Source: Antedon mediterranea
Taxonomy: Eukaryota; Animalia; Echinodermata
Assembly (NCBI RefSeq): GCF_964355755.1
Contig: NC_092678.1
Span: forward strand, 25,747,365 to 25,811,364
Direction: 5' to 3'
DNA: 64,000 bases
The notes below the pieces were generated by a model. That model did not search any database, was not told the origin of the DNA, and saw only the letters and a program-made list of their open reading frames with translations. Every line of letters starts with the position of its first letter. Within the stretch, counting starts at the first letter, position 1. The position numbers and the translations under genes are program-made. Positions 50,943 through 62,431 of this stretch are shown in pieces.

Positions 50943-53900
50943 ATGTCTGGTTATGACCTTTTTGAAGTTGCATCCTTATTAAGAATTGAAGACAGTACTA
51001 TAAGATTGTCAGCCTTTCACCAAAATGATGTTTCTACGACAACGCTATTGGTATGTAAAAATGGTAAGTGACGCTTCGCACCCATTCAACAATCCGCTCT
51101 TAAACCAGATATGAACACTTTTCTTAGTACTCTTCTTAAGAATGCTTCTAATTCAAAATTTTAAACAAAATACAAAAAGGTCACCTGTATTCAAATTAAG
51201 TTTGCCGTATATAAAGCAGCGTCCTCAATGACACAAAATTCCATTACTTAATTGTTATTTAAACTTTAATCTAACTCCTTCAGGTTATCTTCTTGTTCGA
51301 TTTCATCTTTATGGACACAGCCCAGTTGTTAAACAAATTCCATGGTATGAAGTAAGTATATATTTAAAAAATTTTTTTGTTTTTAAAAGATGTTTATTAT
51401 TTTAAAATGTGCATTGAATACTGGAGAACAACCAATGTCTGAGACAGACATCATGGGTCAACCTCCCCTCCCCCAGTACCTCTTACTTCCACCTCACCAA
51501 TTCCATCAAATCAACTCAGCTTCCACCACCGTATCTTTTCCCTGAAATATGCCCCCAAAATGTCTCCTAACAACTTGACCCTACCTTATTTCTAAAACAC
51601 CAATTAAATTAATTAACATTAATATAGTAAAAGGATTTATTACTGCATTGTATTTTGAATGTACTGTGGTACTGGTTGATAATGCCTGTAATTTGTCAAT
51701 ATTATTTCTTTAAATTAGAACCCAAAGAAGGATATAATCTGTGCTACAATTGATCCAAGTGGAGAGTGGGGTTTGTTAGCATGTGCTGATAAGTCTCTCA
51801 ACATCCTGCCGTTAAGATCATTCTTTAAGTTCACGCCCACCACAACTTTTCTCTGGAAAACTCGGGATGTGACTGAAATCACACCGCAACATCAAAAAGG
51901 TATAGAAAACATTTTAAAAATTATATAAAATTATGCTTATTAATATTGTTGTTTTCCTCTATTTTGTGATTGATTCATAGTCACAGACTATTTCCAATCT
52001 TATAAGTTTAATATTATAAGGTTGGTTGATATAACACTAAAACTATTAAATGTTTCTTTATGTAGGAATTTTTGTAGGAATACCAACAGCTTTAGTTTGG
52101 TGGTCTCCTTCCGAGTTGGTTGATATAACACTAAAACTAGTAAATGTTTCTTTTTGTAGGAATACCAACAGCTTTAGTTTGGTGGTCTCCTTCCGAGTTG
52201 GTTGATATAACACTAAAACTATTAAGTGTTTCTTTTTGTAGGAATACCAACAGCTTTAGTTTGGTGGTCTCCTTCCGAGTTGGTTGATATAACACTAAAA
52301 CTATTAAGTGTTTCTTTTTGTAGGAATACCAACAGCTTTAGTTTGGTGGTCTCCTTCCGAGTTGGTTGATATAACACTAAAACTATTAAGTGTTTCTTTT
52401 TGTAGGAATACCAACAGCTTTAGTTTGGTGGTCTCCTTCCGAGTTGGTTGATATAACACTAAAACTATTAAGTGTTTCTTTTTGTAGGAATACCAACAGC
52501 TTTAGTTTGGTGGTCTCCTTCCGAGTTGGTTGATATAACACTAAAACTATTAAGTGTTTCTTTTTGTAGGAATACCAACAGCTTTAGTTTGGTTGCCTCC
52601 TTCCGAGTTGGTTGATATAACACTAAAACTATTAAATGTTTCTTTTTGTAGGAATACCAACAGCTTTAGTTTGGTGGTCTCCTTCCGAGTTGGTTGATAT
52701 AACACTAAAACTACTAAATGTTTCTTTTTGTAGGAATACCAACAGCTTTAGTTTGGTTGCCTCCTTCCGAGTTGGTTGATATAACACAAACTATTAAGTG
52801 TTTCTTTTTGTAGGAATACCAACAGCTTTAGTTTGGTTGCCTCCTTCCGAGTTGGTTGATATAACACTAAAACTATTAAGTGTTTCTTTTTGTAGGAATA
52901 CCAACAGCTTCAGTTTGGTGGTCTCCTTCCGAGTTGGTTGATATAACACTAAAACTAGTAAATGTTTCTTTTTGTAGGAATACCAACAGCTTTAGTTAGG
53001 TTGCCTCCTTCCGAGTTGGTTGATATAACACTAAAACTATTAAATGTTTCTTTTTGTAGGAATACCAACAGCTTTAGTTTGGTTGCCTCCTTCCGAGTTG
53101 GTTGATATAACACTAAAACTATTAAGTGTTTCTTTTTGTAGGAATACCAACAGCTTTAGTTTGGTGGTCTCCTTCCGAGTTGGTTGATATAACACTAAAA
53201 CTAGTAAATGTTTCTTTTTGTAGGAATACCAACAGCTTTAGTTTGGTGGTCTCCGTCCGAGAATAAACATATTTGTATTGTTGGAACAAATGTAAGTTAT
53301 TTATTTGAATAATAAGTTTAATCTTAATAATGAAATTCCAATTTTGAAGCAAACTCTTTTCTCTGTTTGTAATTGGAACTAAAAAGCTAAGCCTCAATGC
53401 ATCAAACCATGAAGCTATCTAAATTATAGCTCCATGATCAAACAGTGAATGCAAAGTGATGTGAACCAAAGCTTTAAGCGATAGTCTACAATTCTTTTAT
53501 ATATTTCAAGAAGCATTTTTAAGTATGTAACTGAATGTTTTTGTTATAGGCGGGTGAGATTGTGTTTGTTGATCTCTGTCTTCAACGTGACGTACGATCT
53601 GTTAGGATTAACAAGGATATTACAAACTTAAATATGGTGGAGGATTCATGCGGTCGCGTTACCTACCTTATTGTAAGTTAATTTTAGAAATTATGTGATT
53701 ATTTTTTTTTTTTTTTATGTCCATGTACAAAAATCATACATTACTTGCCAAATTGTTAATTCCCCTCATTAAAGCCCCTCATTTACAGTATACTGGTACC
53801 CTGGTACCCTGCATATGTATAAAACTAAACTGTATAAATATGACAGTACGTACAGTGTATACAGGAATAGGACGCCTTCACTGTGTAATTTATTTGTAAC

Positions 53901-56900
53901 CTTGTAAGAATCATTGTTGTAGATCCATACTAAATCGGGTCAGCCATGGAAACAGCTTCTAACGAGTGTTGGACATGTTGATGGTTCATCGTCAAGTACA
54001 ACTCTACACAATCTGGGATTTGAATATGTCGTGCGAGATTCTTTACCATCTCACAATATTTTACATGATGGTAAGTAATAGATAAGATTATGCAGGGGTG
54101 GATTCAAGGGGGTGCTCAGGCCGACCCATGCCCCCTCTAAATTTTGCAATTTGTAATGCAAAAGGTAGGACATCAAATTAAGCTTGGGCCTGTATTTCAC
54201 TACTTTTAGGCCCTGGTCCCCCTATTTCAAAATCCTGGATCTGCCACTGTTATGTCCTTTATGAACTTAGTGAGATCCAAGTTCACTGCCACTCAAGTAC
54301 AGTGTTGATACTAGCAGTCAATAGGCAATTCCTTTGATTCTTGTTTGTTTGATAGAAGAAGGTTCTGAACAGTTTAAACCTAAAGAGTTTCAGCAATTTA
54401 CTTCAAGTACCCTTCTTGACTGTCAGAATGCACGTGGAGGAAAGAAGCTTGTCACGTCCTACAACAAACAATCACGCATTTACAAGGTATGTTGTTAATT
54501 TCTTTAAAATCACTTGTTTTCGTTGCGTTTTGTTTAGCATTTAAAGTTTGTACCCGTTGCTTTGTTTATATTAAAATGAAATAAATGTATTTATATTTAG
54601 GACACTTGCACTGATGAAGGGCTAAGGTGTTGCCCGAAAGCTCTGCAAATTTTTCTGTGTGTTTTACTTTATTGTTTTGATTTAGCTGTTTGCTTATTTT
54701 ATTCTGTATCTCCATTGAGATCCAGCCACTGATACCTACAGCACAGTAATTTGATTTATCTTTTAGGTGTTTGACAGTAATATTGATAATTGGCTGCCAT
54801 TGTTTGTGTATCGACTGCCAGAAAGCTACGGTCATATTGTGCACACAAGCCGTTTGATGTTTGCTGTGTCGCACATCAATGATAAAGTAAGTACCTCTGT
54901 CTACACTATCAAACTTTATGTGATGTGCCCATATATAGACATGATGACGTCACATCACTACCATATTTGGGCACATCACACTTTTTTGTCAAACTAGTTT
55001 GATAGTGTAGACAGAGTTTAACAATGTTTCTCATGTACAAGCAATTGTTGATACTTACATTTGTATTAAAATTAAATTATTTTCAGACTGTATTAAACAT
55101 GTTGTCCACACAACTGCTTGAGGGATCGTCACACTCATATTTCGATCAAGATGCAATTCTCCAAACCTTTAGCTTCCATGGCAACCAGAGTGTTGTTGGT
55201 ATATATTCATGTAACAGCAATACTTCTTCACAAAATTCAGAATCGGAAATGTATGTACTAAATATATATAAAATGTTTGTCTAAATAGTGTTTTTTATTT
55301 TGCTTTTAATTTCAATTTTTAATTTTGTCTTTTTATATTTCTCTAGCAAACCTGATACAAAAGAAAAGAAAAAAGTGCAACTTCCTGAGAGTTGCATTGT
55401 GGTTACAAATAAAGGAGTCTATCACTGCCGACCAAGGTAAAACTACAATGACCATTGGCTACTCTGTACAAGTAAACATGAATAAACTACAATGACCATT
55501 GGCTACTCTGTACAAGTAAACATGAATAAACTACAATGACCATTGGCTACTCTGTACAAGTAAACATGAATAAACTACAATGACCATTGGCTACTCTGTA
55601 CAAGTAAACATGAATAAACTACAATGACCATTGGCTACTCTGTACAAGTAAACATGAATAAACTATTAACTTATTAACATCATGAATTGACTGCTTATTA
55701 TTTGTCTTTTTACAGGGTTATTCCTGAGGAATTATTTTTACAGCTAGTTTTGGACAATCTAGGCACTCTAGAATCAGCAGACAAGCTTGGCTTCATTCTT
55801 GGGTTGGATGTGAACCTGCTATATGAAAAAGCTGCCGATAAACGTCTGGCTGATGGAAACTACCAGCAAGCAATGAAACTATACAATATGTCAAAGGTAT
55901 TTTGAAATTAATATCTTACTTAAATGTAGGTTTTGCATTGCTTTAAACAAATGTCATGTATGTTTTTTAGTGTTCTAACAAATGTCATGTATGTTTTGCA
56001 GTGTCCTAACATGCAGCGTGTGACCCGCTTTGCTCAGTATGGCTGCATACACGAGGTCCTTGAACACTGCTTTGCAGCTTTGAGTAAACCAAAACAGCTG
56101 CAATGGGTTGAACGGAGGCAACTTGCTGATTTACTTATCAAATGCTCTGTTCATGAGTTGTTGCAGGGCAAGTTTGAGAATACTTTGAATAAGCTAAGGT
56201 GAGTTGATGTTTTCTGATAAAGTAAAATATACAGGTTTACTGTATAGTGGTATCATGATTAAGTTTGAGAACGAAATCTATAATATGTTTTTTTATTTGT
56301 TTTTAGACACTTTCTCAGTAGTAACTCTGACTACGATGAAGTTGCAACTCTTCGCTTATTATCAGATACTGGAATGCACACTTTGCTCGTTGAAGTAGCA
56401 AAGGTAAGTACCAAAACATCTACATGTACGCAAATAAAGTATGCTAAGTTAATGCTTTACTCATTTACATATTATTTCTATTCAGATGCGTGGATTGTTA
56501 CCATATGCAGTTGAGCTTCTCGTTGAACGAGGGCATTCTAACGGTGGTGCACTCAACTATGACCAGCTTGCCAATCAAGGGTTGTTTCATACACTTACAT
56601 CAATCAAAGAGGGCGTCCTTCTTCGATTGCTTACCACACAGGAACTTCTTAGCACGATTCTTGGCAAGGTAAATGTTTTTAATCATCGTCTACTTCATGC
56701 CTAGCTTACCTGGATAAACCGACAATAGCCCTTTTTCCTAGAAGAGCAAAATATAACTAAAAAAGTACACCCCTCTCTCTCTCAAACTACAATCCCTGAC
56801 TGTTTTTTATGTTCCTCTTGCAGCCAGACCTTGCCACCAGCTATCTATCATTGGTGATGCCTTGCCTGGACCAATTAGATCAGGTTAGACTTCTGCAACT

Positions 56901-59900
56901 AGCATGTATGCTTGATCCGTCTAAGGCCTCTATACACATGCTCCTCTCAACAGCCAATGACTTCTTCAAAAGACAAAGGTAATTGTATTCTGTGTTGTAT
57001 TAAGTTTACTGATTGTCAGAAAAGTAGCGTACTCAGCGGCCACATATGTAGCCACAAGTATTCATTATTAAGTACGTTTATTGATTTGTGAGAAAAGTAC
57101 ATTACTCAATATGGTTTGGTCATTGCCAAAAAAAAGGAGAACAATCCCCTGTGTGAGACAGAGCTGGCAAGACCTTTGTAAAAACCTTACTAACCAACTG
57201 CTGGCTATGGCCCTTTACAAAAACATGCAAAGATAAATACAAAACTGTGTTTTCTTATTTGTCAGGTCTGCTTCAACTTCATCAATGAGTTCTCAGGGAA
57301 GCTTAACAAGTGAATCAAACACACAGGTATTGTACTACCCTTAGTTTTGATAGGCATTATTTAACATGTTAAAATAGTAAATAGGGATGTTAATGCTTTT
57401 TTCATGTTTTTATTTTTAATACACTATAGGATGATGTGCTTGTTTTGTCTAGAAAATCTCTGATCCATAATTTTCTACGAGTCTTGTTGGTCCTGAATTA
57501 TAAAAGGCGTGAAGGATCCAGGTGAGGGTTTGTTTACTGTTGATTTATTTTCGTTTTCGGGCCTATAATGTTTAAATATGCATCAATGTACAGTAGACAA
57601 TGTAGCCCATCAGAACTGCTATTAAGAGATGCCATGTTAACAATAATTACCATATGGTGACAACCAGTAAGTAACTGCTATTAGGAGATGCCATGTTAAC
57701 AATAATTACCATATGGTGACAACCAGTAAGTAACTGCTATTAGGAGATGCCATGTTAACAATAATTACCATATGGTGACAACCAGTAAGTAACTGCTATT
57801 AGGAGATGCCATGTTAACAATAATTACCATATGGTGACAACCAGTAAGTAACTGCTATTAGGAGATGCCATGTTAACAATAATTACCATATGGTGACAAC
57901 CAGTAAGTAACTGCTATTAGGAGATGCCATGTTAACAATAATTACCATATGGTGACAACCAGTAAGTAACTGCTATTAGGAGATGCCATGTTAACAATAA
58001 TTACCATATGGTGACAACCAGTAAGTAACTGCTATTAGGAGATGCCATGTTAACAATAATTACCATATGGTGACAACCAGTAAGTAACTGCTATTAGGAG
58101 ATGCCATGTTAACAATAATTACCATATGGTGACAACCAGTAAGTAACTGCTATTAGGAGATGCCATGTTAACAATAATTACCATATGGTGACAACCAGTA
58201 AGTAACTGCTATTAGGAGATGCCATGTTAACAATAATTACCATATGGTGACAACCAGTAAGTAACTGCTATTAGGAGATGCCATATTAACAATAATTACC
58301 ATATGGTGACAACCAGTAAGTAAATAATTTTGGTCTCAAAATACTTAGAAGACCCATATTAAAAGTGACTGAAAATGCCTATTTTGACCTTTGACCATAA
58401 ACTTGAATTATCTCAATATCTCACTATTAATATTATATTTATTAATGTACATTAGGCTGTATAGCTCAGCAGAAGTACTTTTAGAAGAGGAGGCAGCAGC
58501 AAGCCAGTATGTAGCCTCTACGCAGCCTACAGCAAATTGGCAACCTGTTAGTAAGCTACTGGCAAGTGGTCAGGCACACTCTGCTGCTGTGGTTGGTGAA
58601 CAACTCTATGCATGGGGCCTAGATGAACATGGAAGGTATGTTTCCACTAACTGATTTCATAAATTATATATTATATAATGCTACTAGATGAACATGGAAG
58701 GTATGTTTTCACTAACTGATTTCATAAATTATACTGTATATTATATAATGCTACTAGATGAACATGGAAGGTACGTCTGCACTATCTGATTTCATAAATT
58801 ATATATTATATAATGTTACTAGATGAACATGGAAGATATGTTTTCACTAACTGATTTCATAAATTATACTGTATATTATATAATGTTACTAGATGAACAT
58901 GGAAGGTATGTTTTCACTAACTGATTTCATAAATTATATATTATATAATGTTATTTAACATAATTATATGCATCTTTATGTCTTGTCATGTTGTATATTT
59001 TTTAGGGTCCCTAATGATCAGCTTCGGCTGGATGGGTCACCCTTTTAAAATATTGTTGAAATAAAATAAACATAAAGATCAATCCTTGAATCTTAATGGT
59101 ATACTGTTATATAGTCTTTTACAATGATTTGTTGATGTGTTTTCAGGTTAGGAATGGGAAACACACAGCAAAATACGTTAACAAATCCACAATGCATACA
59201 AAGTCTACCATACAGAGTTGTGGCCGTTTCCTGTGGCAAACATCACACCATGGCATTGACGGACCATGGGGTAAGTTTATACATGTTTAATATACCGGTA
59301 CTTGATTGTATGCTTATGCTGCAATGCCTGGTGGTATATCTTAAGTTGATAATTTGTGCTTAAACTTAGTGTTGGTTTTTTTTATTAACTATGTTTAATT
59401 GTTTTACATGAAGGTGTTTAGTTGGGGTTCATCTCAATTTGGCCAGATAGGTCATGGTAACCGTGTGACATGTACAAGGCCAACGTTGGTGGCAGCATTA
59501 CAACATGAACTGTGTGTTAGCATCACTTGTGGCCAATACCATTCCTTAGCGTTGTCTTCTGATGAAAGGTAAGAGCAACATATTTTTTCACAAGCATGTT
59601 TTGAAGCCAAGCCAAGCGCTTTGTCAATACTGTATACTTATCATATTTTACTAATAATTAAGAAATCATTAAACTCACATTTATTCAAAATGGAAAATAG
59701 CAAAAAAATTAATTGTCAAATAAAGAACACAGAACATTTAATGTACATTTTCAGGGTTTACAGTTGGGGTTGGGGTGTACATGGTCAACTGGGATCTGGA
59801 CACATTGAAGATCGTTTGACCCCACAGCCGATATATGACCTGGATGACCATGGTGTGACCGTCATTGCTGCTGGTTACTGTCACAGCAGCGTGTTGGACC

Positions 59901-62383
59901 GTGACGGCCGTGTGTGGGTGTTTGGTAATGGGTCATTTGGTCAGCTGGGTCGTGCAATCACTAAAGTTATTCGTCCAATTGAACTGACCGCTTTGAGTAG
60001 GGAGAGAGTCCGGTTACTAGCGTCAGGAAGATTTCATATGGTGAGTTACTAAACAAAATTTTACATATTTATTATAATAATAGTATCTATTAATACATTT
60101 TTGTATCTTAAATTTAAACTGTACTGGTTCAGGTAACTGTCTACATAGAGACATCTAGTAGCCATTGACATCAAGTTGCCATTTAGATTAATGCTACAGT
60201 ACATTTAAGTATTTGTTTTTTCTTTGAGAGTGACATACCACAGACATTGCAATAAATTTGCAATATAAGTTTGATTATTAAAATGAAATTTTTTTTTAGG
60301 TTGCTGTTACTAGGACAGGAAAAGTATGTACCTGGGGAAGTGACCCTCAAAGCCTACGGCAAGTGATGCAGTTTTCACGCCGAAATCATCGTTCCAAGGG
60401 TAAAGCAGGTCCTTGTGTTATGGACACCAGTTACACATTTCCCAGACTTGTCGAATGTCCTAAAAGTGTACACTTTCAACAGGTAAGTACTGTACACAAA
60501 CTTAGCTTTCCATCGTAACAATATTAAATAAGAAAGCTGTACATTATTAATGAAAATGTCTCGCTATTCTCAGTTGGAATGTGGACAGAATCACTGTCTA
60601 ATGGTCACTTCAGCTGGTCAGTTGTATGTATGGGGTAGAAATGATAGTGGACAGTTGGGATTAGGACATAAATATGACCAGGTACATTTTTATTTATTAT
60701 CTTGTTTTATTTATTATAAATCATCTTACAGAAAGGTTGACTAACTCCACTTCCAAAGGTAATAATGCTTTGTTTATGTAGAGCATCTTGTGTATATGTT
60801 TTTGAACAAGATTGCTACCTTTAAAAATGATAGTAAATGAATTCGCTTATGGTTATCTTTGGCAATGTGCCTAACTTGAGAAGGTACATAAATTGTATTT
60901 TAATAATTGTTTTGTAATTGATAATAGTTTTCTTGTCCTTTAATTTAGCGTTCTCCGCAACAAGTTGTCAGTCTTTTTGACAAATACATCGTCGCAGTCA
61001 GCGCAGGTCAAGGATTCTCTGTTGCTATAGACAAACATGGACTTATTTTTGCATGGGGTTCTAATGACATACAACAGGTAAAACTGACCTTTTATTCATT
61101 TTACTGTATTATACCAGGATGGCCTGTCAGTCACAAAGACTAGTCCCAAAAGCAGTGGAGTAATGCACAGGGCAAAGGCCTCTGGTTTAGCACTTCTAAG
61201 GGGCCCTCCCAGGCTGGGTAGTTGCATTGCACTGCTCATGCTCTGGGGCCCTTTGAGCTCTGGGGATCCTGGGTTTAGCCAGTGAGAATTACGCCACATA
61301 CATTGTGTATGAAATTCTGAAAATGAAATAGATGGTAAATACCATCTTGACAGTTTCGTTCCTTTCACGAACAACTTCTTCATTCTTAATTACAAATCAG
61401 ATGAACATTTACAATCAACCTCATACATTGGTTGTCCACACTATCAAACTAGTTTGACAAAAAAATGTGATGCACCCAAATATGGTAGTAATATGACATC
61501 ACATAAAGTTTGTTAGTGTAGACAGAGCTTTAATAAAATAACTGATTTAGAAAATACATTTGGCGAATACAATGTTTGCACTTTCAGCTTGGTGTGAACC
61601 GGCAAGATGGGTCAAGTCCAAAGGGTATCACAGAAGCGTTTGTAAACATCCGCATCAGTAAGACCGCTCATTCCGGTGCCTGGGACGTTTTGCTTCCTAT
61701 CACTGTTCCTGGAATTCCAGTAATTCCAACGGCAGTAAATGATTGGATGACAGAAAGATCATGTGACAAAGAGGAGAATGATGATACAGAAGATACAACA
61801 TTTGTAAAATACATAAATTATCGTTTTGTAGTCTTAATACGTAAAAATGTTAGTTTTAAAATGTAAACATTGTAGTGAAGCTATAGCTTGCCATCCACTC
61901 CCAAGGTCCTGGGTTCAATAGCACAATAACTTATAAAATAGTTTATCCATCCTGTAATTGGCAAATTTGTGCTCGCTGTTGAATGCGTATGAAATAAATA
62001 AAAATATATATATAATTTGCAGAAAATATTACAGTTTTCATTTGTTTCATTACAACCCTCAATATAACCTTTCATTTTTGGTTTTTTGGTCAGATTTCCA
62101 ATGTAGACATTGCGCCTGAGATACCACCACTTTCTGGGAATGTCAAAACCGGTCCCCTTTATGGTCCACCATCTTTGTGTTTGACGCTGGAAAAACTGAG
62201 CGACTCATACGATCATAAACAGATTCTACAGGAATGTATAGATTGGGAATTTTGGCAAGGTGCTGCGATGATCAACGAAGCTGACCTCCGACATCCTCAA
62301 GCTTTGTATTATCAGTTATTAGTAATTCAGAGAGAAGGGGTAACCCAACAAGGTGTACACAAAGCATGTAATAAGTACATACG
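50943..62383 (+). CDS. Large protein with an N-terminal beta-propeller-like region, helical middle and RCC1 repeats (claret/GLO-4-like putative Rab GEF); continues beyond the window
   Basis: In-phase exons 50943-51063, 51284-51351, 51719-51899, 53224-53291, 53550-53672, 53923-54070, 54356-54486, 54767-54886, 55087-55250, 55347-55436, 55716-55896, 56002-56198, 56307-56403, 56486-56668, 56824-56978, 57266-57326, 57430-57521, 58456-58635, 59147-59270, 59414-59568, 59755-60040, 60300-60482, 60574-60681, 60949-61077, 61588-61803, 62094-62383. RCC1 motifs VSCGKHHTMAL, VYSWGWGVHGQLG, VWGRNDSGQLGLG. The claret assignment is inferred from architecture. Confidence 0.85.
52020..53261 (+). repeat. 82-bp minisatellite, 15 copies, each containing a 3' splice site and the exon start
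   Basis: tttctttttgtAG|gaataccaacagctttagtttgg recurs with exon-start positions 52078, 52160 ... 53142, 53224; the last copy is the real exon. Confidence 0.98.
54093..54249. mobile_element. MITE with CAG...CTG ends and a 5-bp TSD
   Basis: caggggtggattcaag ... cctggatctgccactg imperfect TIRs; TTATG directly repeated at 54088-54092 and 54250-54254. Confidence 0.75.
54893..55018. mobile_element. MITE family A inserted immediately after a splice donor
   Basis: ctctgtctacactatcaaact ... agtttgatagtgtagacagag; begins directly after GTAAGT at 54887. Confidence 0.85.
55440..55665. repeat. 44-bp minisatellite, 5 copies, starting 3 nt into an intron
   Basis: Unit aaactacaatgaccattggctactctgtacaagtaaacatgaat; donor GT at 55437. 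Confidence 0.95.
57614..58321. repeat. 59-bp minisatellite, 12 copies
   Basis: Unit aactgctattaggagatgccatgttaacaataattaccatatggtgacaaccagtaagt. Confidence 0.97.
58619..58952 (+). repeat. 65/70-bp minisatellite, 5 copies, containing the exon end and 5' splice site
   Basis: ctagatgaacatggaag|gtatg with GT at 58636, 58701, 58771 and 58906, and a mutated AT at 58836. Confidence 0.95.
61153..61297. mobile_element. Degenerate GC-rich MITE
   Basis: gtggagtaat ... attacgccac inverted ends and internal ggggccc motifs in an AT-rich intron. Confidence 0.45.
61433..61529. mobile_element. MITE family A, internally deleted
   Basis: tgtccacactatcaaact ... gtgtagacagagct+TTA. Confidence 0.75.
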
Positions 62384-62431
62384 GTGAGTTGAAATCAATA
62401 CATTAATTTGTGTTGGTTAGAAAGTTTATCA

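Noticed and set aside
52020-53261. CRISPR-like appearance of the regular arrays (also 57614-58321)
   Set aside because: No unique spacers, no cas genes, and a spliceosomal eukaryotic context; they are head-to-tail minisatellites.
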